Of a DNA stretch of 64,000 nt, positions 40,277 to 55,843 are shown in pieces. The translations under genes were made by a program, and so were the position numbers. The DNA is from Chrysomallon squamiferum (taxonomy: Eukaryota; Animalia; Mollusca). The stretch spans positions 19,034,001 to 19,098,000 of the forward strand of contig CM022673.1 of NCBI GenBank assembly GCA_012295275.1, given 5' to 3'. Position 1 is the first letter of the stretch. The number at the start of each line of letters is the position of its first letter. The notes beneath the pieces are model-generated. The model was not told where the DNA came from. It ran no database searches and saw only the letters and a program-made list of their open reading frames with translations.

Positions 40277-42060
40277 CATTACCTGATACTTGTTTTTAAA
40301 ACATTAATGATGACGTAATGACATGCTCCTATTCTGTGGGTCGTTGTCATTGTTTAGCATCAAGCATTCTTCTACATACATCTCCCCAGAGAAAGGTTCA
40401 TTATTTACCCTTTGATAAAGTATATTCCAGGCACTGGCAAATTAAAACTTCATTCAGAAGGACTACTGACAAGGACTGAATATGTTACATAGTAAGCTCT
40501 GGCCTAGGCTCCTTCTCTCGACTAAGCCACAAGCTATCTCTTGGTGAAGTTAAAACAAAGCATTTGAGAGAATGATTTCATTACATTCAGTATCTGGATA
40601 AATGTCTTTAGGATTAATTGTTACAGAAAAGACTCATCATCATGCAACGAGCCTTAAACCTTCAGCTATTCAAAGACATTCATTCGTTTATTATTATTAT
40701 TATTTAATTTAATTTAATTTCATTTACCTATAATATTTTATCATAATATTATCAAGAGATTCGTGTGTTCATAAGTGTCAGATTATTATTCATGTCGCTA
40801 CGAATGCTTAGGTTTTGGCAGCATAGTATTTTTCTTTTGGTTAAAGGGTTCTTGGTTCGGAAAACTAATCTGTTTGGAATTCCCATTCACTCATGTTTAG
40901 TTCTAAGAGACATAGTGGAAAATCTGCTAAATTTTTTCAAATATTAGTCCCCACAGCCTTAAACATTTTAGCAAAACTAACATAATTTGCATTCCATAAT
41001 ATCCAGTTATTTATAACAAACAGTACGTCCAGAAACAACCGAGTGTAAATTCGTGTGAAAGACGTTAGAAAGACACGCTTGCTTTTTTTTCTTTTAATAA
41101 TTATTGTTCTGGTATGGAAAAAGAAAATATTTTTATATTGTACCCTCGACATTAGTTTATTTTATTTAAACACTCATCACTAGTAAACAACTAGTTAAAT
41201 TTGAATCATCGAATTTTCGTATGTGTTGTGCGGAAACCCAAATAGAAGTTGAATAAAAGGTTCATAACAATATTAACAGATTCTGAATCATACATTGAAT
41301 ACTGAGAGACACGTGGAAAAATATAAACTGTTTATAGTGATACAAACCCATGTCTACCTACCAGGAAAAAACTCATTTTCATTCTATATTACTGTAGACA
41401 CACTAATTTTATGCTAGATGAAACTAAAAAAAAAAAAAGGAAAGAAAGAAAATTAATCGTTTTGATCAGTACTTGTGGTTTTTCAAGGCATGGTTTAGTT
41501 CTTAGTCCTTGTAATAAACAAATTATCAGTTAATTCTCGGCTTAGTATATAAAGGTTAGTTATTTTGTGGATCGGAGTTTAAGTTAACTTCATACCTGAA
41601 TGTTAGTGATGCCTGAAAAACTAATCATTTATTATTTTGCGATGGTACGAACTTCGACAATATGATTGATGTTATAGACACAGCATATTGCTAGTAAATA
41701 CAATCCCATTTAATATTGTATGTCAATTGTTACCGATCCATAAAAAAAAAAATGCCTCGCATTTTAATGAGAGGATCAAGGAATACTTGTGAAAGCAATA
41801 ATTATAGATAGATTAATGCATCACCTTATATTCAAATCAAAAGTTTCATCAGTTATGGTGGAAATTAAAAACGGAATATATTTAGTTTCGTAAAGTGATA
41901 ATAATTATGTCCTACTTAATTGCTAAACTATTAGAATGGAATTAGTTATTTCTACAATTCTTTTAGCGTTTTTTATACAACTATAACTAATGATTTTTAC
42001 CAAAAATTATAATTCGAATGTAAAATAAAATTCAGCTTTACTCTAAGAAATTCCCTCTAC

Positions 42061-42070
42061 GGCGGAAGTT
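42061..42070 (+). promoter_or_regulatory. ETS-type motif in the UBE2M proximal promoter
   Basis: GGCGGAAGTT about 100 nt upstream of the ATG, typical of housekeeping promoters. Confidence 0.45.
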
Positions 42071-42159
42071 AATATCATAACACAAACCCGATTATACGGA
42101 AAAAGTTATAAATTTATCTAGTTTGATGAAATTATACATTAAATCACCAGCTTAAAATA

Positions 42160-44350
42160 ATGATTAAGCTATTTTCCCTGAAACAACAAAAGAAGGATGG
42201 AGAGAGTGCACCAGATAGAGGAAAACGATCGTCTGCTGCCCAGCTGCGGATCCAGAAAGGTCACCACAAAAATAGTCATGACCAAATCTTGACTTGTTAA
42301 AATTTATCAGTGATGTATTCTCACTATTTGTGATATTAGATGATTAGTTTCTTCTCCAACATTTAACATAAAATACATTAATTTTTTATGTACAATTTTT
42401 ATCATCTAGTTGGCTCTCGTGGATAGCTTTTTAGATTTTTACGAAAATTAACTAATAATATAATAATAGTAATACTTATACTAATATTACTATACTGTAT
42501 AGAGTATAGACTATAGTACTGACCAGGCATAGGCCAGCTTTTTCGAGAAGCGGGCCACATGAACCATGGCTCATCCTCAGGCGGGCCGCAGGTACCAATT
42601 TACAGCATAAATGGAACAATTAGGCGCGCCATTCAGAAAGCCGCGCGGGCCGCTGTTTGCCATGACTGATTGACTGGTGTAGACTATAGTCTATGCTCTG
42701 TAGTTTTAGTAATAACTTTTAGCAGTCGTAGTCTACTTTAGTTCTTGACTCTAGTCTCTAGTCCACCACTTTCATTGATTTGTCGGTACATAATATATGG
42801 ATTCAAAACAAAACCACATAACACAAATGCCCACTGATTAATGAAAATTATGGGGGGAGGTGGATGTACTAAGAAATATTTCTTATTTTAGCAATCGCAC
42901 TTCAGAAGAATGATTTTGTTAAATTGAAATTTAGTTCTGTTGATTGCTGTTGTTCTTATGAATACCCTAATGATACACTGCAAATGTATGACCACTGGTA
43001 GATGGCTTCCTTTAAAATACAATAATCATGAAAATCATTTAATTACTGCTTATAATCCATCTGTCACATAATGCATAATCTGACTGATGTTTTTAAATTA
43101 TATTATCAATAATCAATCACACATTTTACCCAGTCTTGAAAAATAGCCATCGAGATAAGAAAGTTATCTATCAATATGTGACATATCTGATGTTCAGTGC
43201 AAAGTGCTTAGCCAGTAACAAACAGAAGACCATCGCAAACATTGATACTCAAAATGTAATCAGCTTTTTGTACCCCCTTCCTACCAGTTTTTCTATAGAA
43301 TATGCAACAAAATTAACACCAAAACTATGAATGGTAATATCAATAGGCAACATAATTCTTTTTATCAACATCGATAAATAATCCTGTGAATTACATTTTC
43401 TGTTGGTTGTATATTGGTGATCATAAATTTGTGTTTGATTAAAAAAGAAGGCTTTGAGTTTTTTCCTTTAGATTAGTTTGTTTAATATGAGGGAAGTGTG
43501 GTTTTTGTCAACTTCTGCTTTTGAATGTATATGGTTATGTCCAGTTACAGTAATGTAGTATATATGATATGTACATTTTATTGACCCCTTGGAGGAAGAG
43601 ATTGTTATGTGTTATTGATGTTAATAAATGTTATTATGATAAAACTTTCTGAGTTTTATTGTTTTAAAATTGAGGATAATTAACAAATTTATTTTAAAAA
43701 ACCAAGGAATAATTAGACATAAATATATATGTAAACTAAAAATTGTAAAATTTACATTAAAGTCATCAGTGATGATACTTCTTTTTCTATAATCTTGTTT
43801 CTGTCCTTTTAGCAATAATTGATTTATGCTGCTAAACTAGTGATGGTAATTTTTAGCCTTTTCTTTGCCTGTTCACTGAACAATAGTAAGTCATATCTTG
43901 CATCAGATCATTAGTTTATTACAAATCTTTATTTTTTAAATTAATCTTGGACTTGCATGTTTATCCACAGTCATTAAATATTTCAAACATACCTATTGTA
44001 ATAACATTTGTTGTTGTTGTTTAATTAAAAGATCTTATTTCAGATATTACTGAACTGAATCTCCCAAAGACTTGTCAAGTTGATTTTCCAGATCCAGATG
44101 ATTTACTAAACTTCAAACTCAATATCTGTCCAGATGAGGTGAATCCTTTTTTTTTATTCAGTTTTAGAAATTGTTTTAAACATTATTACTATCAGTCATT
44201 TCATTTATAATGATCAATTCTGTAACATTTATAACAGTTGTGAACTGTCCCAGGGAAAAACTCTGGATTGACTCCATGACATAACATAAAGGTATTTACA
44301 TTTAATCTATAAATAGATTAATGCTGATGCAGGTACTTCTTTTATATGAA

Positions 44351-44385
<35 letters not shown>

Positions 44386-45667
44386 GAAGTTGCAAACAAT
44401 ACCAAAATGTTATGTTTAATTTTTTTTTATAGACTTATATGTTATGAATGCATATTTTTTACAGTTATGATCACAGCAGATGAAGCTTTTTCAGATTTAA
44501 TACTGTTCTGAAATAATCATTAAAACTCACACTTATTTATACCTTTTCTTTTTCAGGGTTTTTACAGAGGTGGTAGATTTGTTTTTAGTTTCAAAGTAGG
44601 ACAAGGTTATCCCCATGATCCGCCAAAAGTTAAGTGTGAAACAATGGTTTATCATCCTAACATAGATTTAGAAGGAAATGTTTGCCTTAACATTCTCAGG
44701 TAATGTATATTGATTTTATTTTATTAAGTAACAGATATGAAGAATCTTGCACAAACAACTTACTTATTAATAGGTTTTGTCATATTTATTTTTTTAGAAA
44801 TGTATTATAAAACATTTTACATGTTTCTAAAAATGTTCTAAAATAACAGCTAGGTTTAACTATAAATATGACATTATCAAGTTCACTTTGTTAAGCCTAT
44901 TATATTGTAATATAAATGTTTGTATGTAATGTTAGATAAGAAATTGAAGTTTAATAAATATCTCAAAATACATTTTAGAAACTTACAAGTTCAAAATTAT
45001 TTCTTATAATGGATTCATTGAACGACTTTTTAATTTGTTTTTGTGGCCTAACGTAGCAATACACATTTTTGTGCATTATATACCATTTATCATTATTTTA
45101 CATGATAAATACTTTTACAGAGAAGACTGGAAGCCTGTTCTTACTATAAATTCAATAGTATATGGATTACAGTACTTGTTTTTGGTAATTATGTTTTTGA
45201 GTCTTTATCATTTTGACAATGTAAAGTGCAAAAGACATCAAATTTGAAATAGTGCATTATTACATAATTTAAAAAAAAAAAATTATTTCTTTTATGCTAC
45301 AGAGTTACCATTAACTGAATAAAAAAATACTTTTTAAATAAGCTGCAATGATTTAGGTGTGACAATAAAAACCTCCTCAGTAATTTCTTCTTTTTTAAAA
45401 ATCTATTTCAGACAGTGAGTTGTTATACAGTGTATGGCTGTAGATAGCAACACATTTTTCAGCTTATTTATAAGTTAATAATAATAATTTATTGGTCAGT
45501 TAATGAAAAGCATTTTTTGTGTTTAGGAGCCTAATCCAGAAGACCCTCTTAATAAAGAAGCAGCCGAAGTTTTACAGACAAATCGTCGTCTCTTTGAACA
45601 GAATGTTTCCAAATCAATGCGTGGTGGACACATAGGTTCTGTTTTTTTTGAAAGGTGCTTAAAGTGA
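42160..45667 (+). CDS. UBE2M: NEDD8-conjugating enzyme Ubc12 (180 aa)
   Basis: Exons 42160-42259, 44044-44138, 44557-44699, 45121-45184, 45527-45667. Begins [12 protein letters not shown], contains [11 protein letters not shown] and the catalytic [21 protein letters not shown], and ends FERCLK*. Confidence 0.98.
42524..42668. mobile_element. Short hAT/Charlie-like MITE in UBE2M intron 1
   Basis: GC-rich 145-bp island with CAGGCAT...ATGACTG ends and three GCGGGCC repeats typical of hAT-Charlie MITEs. The TSD is degenerate (gtatagac/gtgtagac nearby). Confidence 0.6.
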
Positions 45668-48600
45668 TTCGATAAAATGGAAACAATAGATAGAGTACTA
45701 AGATTACCACAGACTACCCAGCTAAATATTTAAAGACCTGTTTCCTGTTTCTGTGCGTATTGCTTCAACATGTGTGATAAACTCATAAAACAAAATTGGG
45801 TTTGTTAAAACCTGATGAGCTGTTATAAAAGAAAAGCTCTCATTTAGACCTGACATCTTCTGTTTGAAGCATTAGACATTTCAGAGAACTGGATTACATT
45901 TGTCAGTTCATGTTTACAGTGCATTCTAGGCATTCTGATTTATTACAATGTTAAAGAGATAATCTTGTTCACAGTAACTTTCATTAACTAATGTCCTATT
46001 TGAAGGCAAAAATGTTTGGACCACAGTATAAAAATCAGGCTTTAATTTTCCATTGTAGGACTTGAAATAAATATTGAAGCTTCTAATAATAATTTTGAAA
46101 AAAAAATCAACTCCTTATTATTTATGTATTACAACATGTGATGTTAATAATTAACTATTTTAAATGCTGTTTGAAAATATTGTCATGCTATATTGTTCCT
46201 AAATTGAAAACGAAAATACAGATTTAGTTTAATCTCATAAGTCAAGCAACAATACTTATTTTGTGTAATTTTAGTTTTGACCTTGCATTTTAATATAAAA
46301 TGTAGGCTGACAATGTATTTTAAACAAATTTATCTTCTTTTGAAACGTGTGTAAGAGAGAGAGATATAGAAATGAAACAAAAATAAATGATTATACATAA
46401 TTTAAAATCATTTATGTTTAAATTAACACTTTTCTCAAGTAAATTGTTATTAAGATGTAATATTATAATGTTTAATGTGTTGCTTGTGTGTAGACCCTTT
46501 GAGATAAGTTACAAGCTGTGGATCTGCATCTGTGAATTACAGATTGCTTCAAGAAATTATGTCTGCAAGATGAAGAGACTTGTTTGATCTTTAATTCTAA
46601 CAAACTTTATTTATTATCTGTTGTTGGATTTATTTTCATCAGAATCAACTATTTGTTTTCATCTTTGATTGGCTTCAGATTTAGTTATTGAAGTATTAAA
46701 ATTACAGATTTGATTGATTGATTGATTGATTTATTTTAATATAAAAAATAACTACTTGCAGAAATAATAGATTGTTTTTCAAGAATTAAATAAATGGATT
46801 ATTTAAGTATAACAAATACATAGTTTAATTTTATCATTCTGAAGCATGCTTTTCTTTCTATTTTTTTTCTTTCTTTTCTGTAAAATGGATCCATATTATA
46901 TCTGTGTCTTTGTCATCAACTTGAATTAATAAAATTATGATAAAATTACAATTTTTATGACTGTTGTATGGTATCACTAAATTAGATTTTAAAAGTGATA
47001 AAAATGTAGCTGTATAAAACTTATCCAGGTCAGTGAAATTGTTATGGGTGGCACTCAAGCTCTTCGTAAGAAACAATTTCATTAGGAATGAAATTTGTGA
47101 TCTATTAAAAAATAATAATAATTGATTATTATGTACATGTGTGTGTGTATTATTTTTTAATGTTAATTTTATTTTATTTAGTAAACATTACAACATCATT
47201 TTTTTTAATCATGATGTAATGATGTTTTTTTATTATTTTTTTTTTGGGGGATAGGGAGTTCTTAATTACATAGTCTTGATATTAAGAATTTGTTTCTTTA
47301 AATTAAAGTGTATCTGTATCAGTAGGAACAGTCTAAACCAGTTCTTTATACTTTTCAGTAATATTAGTTTGTTGACCTGTCATGATTAATAATAAGTTGT
47401 AACAATTATATAACACTGCTAGTTAAAAAAAGCATTTCAGTGTGATGGTGACATCATCACATAAGTGTTAGTGACAGCAAGTAGAAACGATACAAACAAC
47501 AACAAAATATTGGTAGTCCCTCTAATAAATAATAATACTTAAAACAACACAGATTATAAAAGTACACTTTAAAATTTATTTCCATAACTGGATCAAATAA
47601 ATAAAGAAAATATGACAACTCTAACAAATAAAACTTTCTTTCCTTATATATTTGAAATAAAAGTTCAAACATACTATTAACATGAAAAGGATAATCAGCA
47701 TCAAGGAAATACCTGTCATCATTGCTCAGCTGAGTAAGAGAACAGTAGTTCAATAATAAATACAGTGATTATTATTTTTATTATTAATACATACACATAG
47801 TACAAGGCATTCACCTAGTACTCAGTTTGTTTAATAATAAAAATAACAAAATGACAACAATAAATTTTATGGTCTATTTCTACAAAAGAAATAATTTTAA
47901 CTAGTAAATATATTAGTACATTCAGATAATAAACTGATAATATACATACCTATAAACTTCTTATTTTATGTTATAAAAGTACATATTATACATCAATTCT
48001 GATATGCTCTCCTGCTTTTTCATTGGCATTACCTTTCTTCTGTCTGACTAAATCCTACCTACCTGTTTGCTCTATTTCAGACATTGATACCTACTCCAGT
48101 TTTTGATTACTTAGCCAAATAACTGTAGACCATAAGTTTACAACTTGAACATGACAGTTCATTCAGAATATGAACTTTAGTGTTTATCATTATCAAATTC
48201 ATAAAGTAAATGTCCCAACTTACCTTCCCAAATTGAGTGTTCATCAGCTTCATAGACAGCATCAGTTACAGCAGCACACTCAGATGGAATATAGGCTAAT
48301 TTTGACTATACCTATCCTGTTGTGATGTACAGATCTGTTAGTCAGTTTCCTTAAGAAATTCTTACCAAGGTCTTTAGTTCTCCACATTGGCTAATGACTT
48401 TCATTTCTAATATATGTAATACTTGTTTTGATTCTTGTAGTACCCCTAGGGTACTGACGTTGGGGGAATCTCTCTCTCTGTTTCTATAGCAATCCCTAGC
48501 AAAATGTCCAGGGTTTTTGCATCTAAAGAAAACAGGGAAGTTGAACGTAATGGAGAACTAGTCTGGTGAATATATTGCATCATACTTCCAAAATATCAGA

Positions 48601-50246
48601 CAGATTTGTCAGTTTTAAAATAGCTTCAGGTCAAGTCAGATGGGCATTGAATTAAGGTTTCAAGAAGTGAATTATACAATGCTCAAACCAAAAATTATAA
48701 ATATATTTTCTATGAACTTTTTATTTAAATTAACATTTATAAATTGTGGAGCCTTTTTTTTTTTTTTTCATAAAATAATATTAGTTTGACAGTAAATTTA
48801 CTTTAGCTTTAAATTCATTATTATATACTGAATAAAATAAAATAATTAATCTACTTTGTTTTAGGTATCAGAACAAAGTAATTAACTATTTTCAGGGAGC
48901 TGACTTTAATATTCAGCACAGCAGTTTAACTTTGTTATTAATAGATTAGAACCAACTTCTTCAATAACTTTATTTTAAATATGTTTCTTCACCATTAATT
49001 GCCCATTCTTGGGGCTTTTAATTGCTCATGTTTATCTGTGCCACTAATGTGTCCATACGTAAAGAAATAACTGTTCATGTGAAATTCAACTCTGGACACC
49101 AACAGACCACCAATAATAATCTGAAGGGATATTCCTCAGACCACCATGTTTAACATTAATCACCTATTACTAATTGCAGTTTTAGCTTACATATTATTTT
49201 GTTAGAATAATTTGACTGAGGGAACGCCAGCATAGTTCACTTAACAAACATTTAACTCTTAAAACTGTTTATAATATAATCTCTCAGTTAAGCCATTCAT
49301 TCACATTCAAACATTTCAAACCACCTACCTTACATTGTTAGTGGCCAATAATAACAATTAAAAAACAACAAAAAAATCCAACAAAAACAACAAATCAGCA
49401 ACACAATAATGCAATAAGTCTGTAAGTTGAACTCTAATTATCCTGATAGTGTCAGTGTTTATCCATCATGCAGTTGTTGCTTCATAATACACCCATCTCT
49501 CTCTCTCAAAAGAAAAGTACAGTAGTATATCAGAGGTTAATATTACACATATACATGCATACATATACATACATACATGCATACATACATGTGCACACAC
49601 ACACACACACACATATGTATGCTTTCACAAGTACACAGATGAATGAGTATGTTCATACATACAGATGTACCTAATGTAAAATATGCATAATCATAGTTAA
49701 AATATCCTCCAGAAAATCATTTGTCATTTCAAACACATCATAAGATTATATATACATATATATTCAGTCAATTCAACACACACACGCACACATATATATC
49801 TTATGCTATGTTTGAATTGACTGAATATCATCATTCTGGAGAATATTTTAACTGGTATGCGTATTTAAATTATATACATTTATATGAAAGTGTATGTATG
49901 TATGTATGTACTAGTGCATCTACACTTGTTAGTATATACATATGTATGTATGCTTATGGATGAATGTGTGATATGTGTAATATTAAATTCTGATATAATA
50001 CTGTACATTGTTTAGCAAAACCAGGTGGCTGAGTAATGCTATATATTAATATACATGTATGTAACAATATTGCATGAATAAACAGTATTTTCAAAAGTAC
50101 TTATAATTTTTTTTCCAGATCTGCACACTGCCATTTCTTCAGGTGCCCTTTTTTCCGTACCCCTTTAATTCACACACACACACACACACACACACAATAA
50201 AAATGAAAACAGCCCACAATATAATTAACCTCATCATCTTAAGTCA

Positions 50247-52136
<1,890 letters not shown>

Positions 52137-52750
52137 AATCAAAAACATTTGTTGATTATTTATTAAGTAAATGAATACATTTTTAATATTTTTATCTGCT
52201 TTTCCATCAAGATTTTGCCCAGATAGTCATACAGTTTACTAGCATTCTCAATTGTTTACAGTACTGAGATAAACTGAAGAACAGAACAAGGTGTTTATTT
52301 GTAGTTAAGTTATTTGTTTGTTCCAAATGACAACACTACCCGACAATATGAATTATTCATTCATGTCGTAGCAAGTAAAGAAATTTAATCATTTTCTTTT
52401 GAAAGTAGTATGTGGATATAGGTGCTTGTGAATAACTTTATTTTTTTTTTTTTTTTTTAAGCTTGTCATGAGACCAAGACCATGACAACAAAATAAACAA
52501 ACAAGTTTTTCTTTGAGATTTGATTGTGAGAAGTAATGTGTAACTTATTTTATCATTCAGTTTGGTAACAGTAAAGGATTTATTATACAAACACCTGCCT
52601 CACATATTGCGTACAGAATAAATAAAATAACTGATAAACAAGTATGCTTAGTTTCAAGAAAACCTTTATATAATACTTAATATCTTAATCAAAAGAGGAT
52701 ATACATACATACAAGCATGCATCCCTTTGGAACAATTTTATGAAACATTT

Positions 52751-53600
52751 AAAGAAAAAGAAAAAGTAATACAGCAGCTGTAACAATAAATAAGACCTGA
52801 TAATAATACCTGTGTTTTAATAAAGATTTAGAAAGTTTTTATTGTATAAAGTTTATTGATTTCTTTTGTAATTTTTCAAGTTATTTTCTTTATTTGTTAT
52901 CTTAATGGAATTAATTAGAAAAAGAAAAAAAAACATATACATTTCATTATATTTTGCTTATCATTTTTGACTGAAGACAGTATTTTAGTAAATCCTGTTT
53001 TTATATGTGTTGATCAACTGCACCACATATGAATCCTAACTGCTAATATCGGTAGCATCTAAAAAAAACAAAAAACAAAACAAAAACAAACATGCCTTAT
53101 GAAAAACATTTGGGTAAAAATTAAATAAAGAAAATAATTAATTTTTGTTTGTTGTTTCCTCCATCAATTAATGTAGTTTTGATATAAGTGGTCGACTTCA
53201 GAGGATTAATTAATCATACTAATCAAGAGTTTACTGTTGTCATTATTATTATTTCTGTCCTCATTACCATTACTGGGTTTTTTCTTGTTGTCATCATTAT
53301 TATATTAATATGGTAAGATTCCAGATCTGACATTATCTCTCCTACTTCATGTGAGATAACTGGTATAACCTTTTAGCTGATTATTCCTAACTCTCTGTCA
53401 AACAGTTCAGAAGTAAACACAAACAAGCAGAATGTGAATGAATAGGAACCAGTTTCAACACATTATTTTTTTTAAGAATGTACATGTGTGTGTGTTTTGT
53501 TTATTTCTTTAAAATTATCATTTAAAAGAAACCTGAGGCACTATTAATAAAGTAGAAACACAAATGTTGGGACATAAAGAACAATGTTATTTATTAATTA

Positions 53601-53639
<39 letters not shown>

Positions 53640-53716
53640 TAACCATTATTAATAAAATAGAAACACAAATGTTGGAACATAAAGAACAATGTTATTTTTT
53701 TTTATTATTATAATAA

Positions 53717-53771
<55 letters not shown>

Positions 53772-55279
53772 TAACAAAAATATTTACATGTACTTCACAG
53801 TTCTTTATAAAAACTATTACAGCAATTATTATGTTTTATTAAACCAAGTAAACATCATTTCACAGAAAAAATTAATCTATATTCTGAATAGGAACTTTTA
53901 GTTTTCTCCATATCACAGTGATATAACATTCTAACAGCATCATATAATTTATTACACACTTCATAAAAAACCCCAGAGATTACAAATTAAAAATTAAAAA
54001 ACAACAAATCATCTCATTGTTTAGGTACATTTTGTTTTCATAAAAGGGTTGACAACAGTCCCCTTGGAGAGATCAGTTACAGTTTTTTGTAAAATCTAGG
54101 AAAGTCTCCATGATTTTGTAAAGTGTTTTTTGCATCTCATATTCAAAAACATCACAAATATTAAGAATCTTACATGTAATCTTATGCTTTTAAGCCTGTG
54201 TGTATCATTTTTATCATCAATCTTGAATAGAAACATTTTTTTTTTTTTTTTACAGCAATGTTAAAAGTGCAGAAATGATGCTACATTATTGGAAATAAAA
54301 CTCTGAAAGGAACCAAAGGGTTTAATACAGTAAAAATCATGTAGTATAACAATCAAGGTATTCAACAGGGTGGGTGGGGATAGAAATGAAACAAAATACT
54401 GAAAAATTCTGAAAAGTAAATTTCTTAAATACTTAAATTTGACATAAATTTGGTTACTGCCCTCCCACAATGAAAATATTTTATTATTATTATTTTCTAA
54501 ATTTATGTGGAAAAAACCCAAACTGCAAGCAATTATTTGTATAGACATTTTATTCTGTATTAGTTTCATTAACCATACAATTAAAAACAACAATTAAACA
54601 ATTGAAATAATAATTTTTTAAATTATACTTTATTTTTTTTTACATTTTAAAACATCTGAGTTTCTCCATTAATTTATATTACTGTTATTTATTTATTGAT
54701 TTTTGTTTTTCAAATTTGATTTATATAAATTGTCTTCAGATTTAAATTGCATAAAATAAAATTCAGTGTATTGTTATTATCATTTGAATTTTTATTATGG
54801 TCTATTTTTAAATCTGGATTTTGAATAGTTTTATTTATTTTATTTTTTCCTGAGATATGACTGAAAATACACACATACATTTGAATGACAGACGTGTCAG
54901 TATTTCTGGTATTCTGGTTCACCATACAAAAGCCAAGGCAAATATTAAAACAAACACACTGTTATGAGTGAACTAGGACCGAGTTAGAATAATATTATAT
55001 CTGTACAAAAAAAGAAAAAGAAATACAGCAGCTATAACAATAAAACACAACTAAATTAGGCTTGATTAAAAACACCAACTTTTTAAAAACTTTTAAAAGT
55101 TCTTGTTGTAAAGATTTGATACAAATTTTATTGATTTCTTTTGAATTCTAATTATTTGGTATATTTCTTATGACTTATCGTGATGGAATTAACTATAAAT
55201 TTATTATTTTTGAAATATTAGTTATACGCATGCTTTATTGGAAGTTTAACTTTCTATTTAATCCTGTGCTAGTATCAGG
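52751..55279. repeat. Diverged direct repeat pair (about 52751-53052 and 55011-55279)
   Basis: Collinear shared blocks: aatacagcagct(g/a)taacaataaa, tttattgatttctttt, atggaattaa, atcct..tgcta.tatc. Confidence 0.7.
53543..53697. repeat. Two 50-bp direct repeats separated by a poly-A tract
   Basis: attaataaa(g/a)tagaaacacaaatgttgg(g/a)acataaagaacaatgttattt at 53543 and 53648. Confidence 0.9.
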
Positions 55280-55843
55280 AGAAACATTCTCTTTAAAAAT
55301 AAAAATTTATATGTATTAGATGAAAATAGAAATAGTTTTTCAAATATTTGTATTATATGAAAGAAAAAGTTGTTACTTGATCAAAATAGAATACATCTGT
55401 TATAATGCCATTAAACCTGACTACTTCATTTACACAACTGAAATTTGTAAAACTGCAAAAAATTTATACTGTGTATATTTTGCTATTGTTATTATTTAAT
55501 TACAGAATAAAAAAATTAAACATAAAATATTTCAAGGTAGATAGATGGTGATATTCAAATATCTTAATTATGCATTTGTGGATTCATGGATGTTCAGTTA
55601 ATAAAAATAAACCATAATAATAAATATTATATTATAAAAATACATTTATTAGGAACATTACATAAATATGAAATATCTGTTTGAAATGAAATATTTTCCA
55701 ACTAGTAACACTTTAATTTGGAAAACTCTTATAATTCATAGATAAACAATTCCAAAATGCATACTGAGAGTTTAATCAAAACATGACACTGTTCTAGCCA
55801 TGTTCTTAACAGATAATGTAAACAAAAGGCTGTTTGAAAGGTT

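Noticed and set aside
44139-44152. UBE2M intron 2 donor gtgaatcctttt resembling a U12 site
   Set aside because: It does not match GTATCC at positions 1-6, and the 3' end has an ordinary pyrimidine tract without CCTTAAC.
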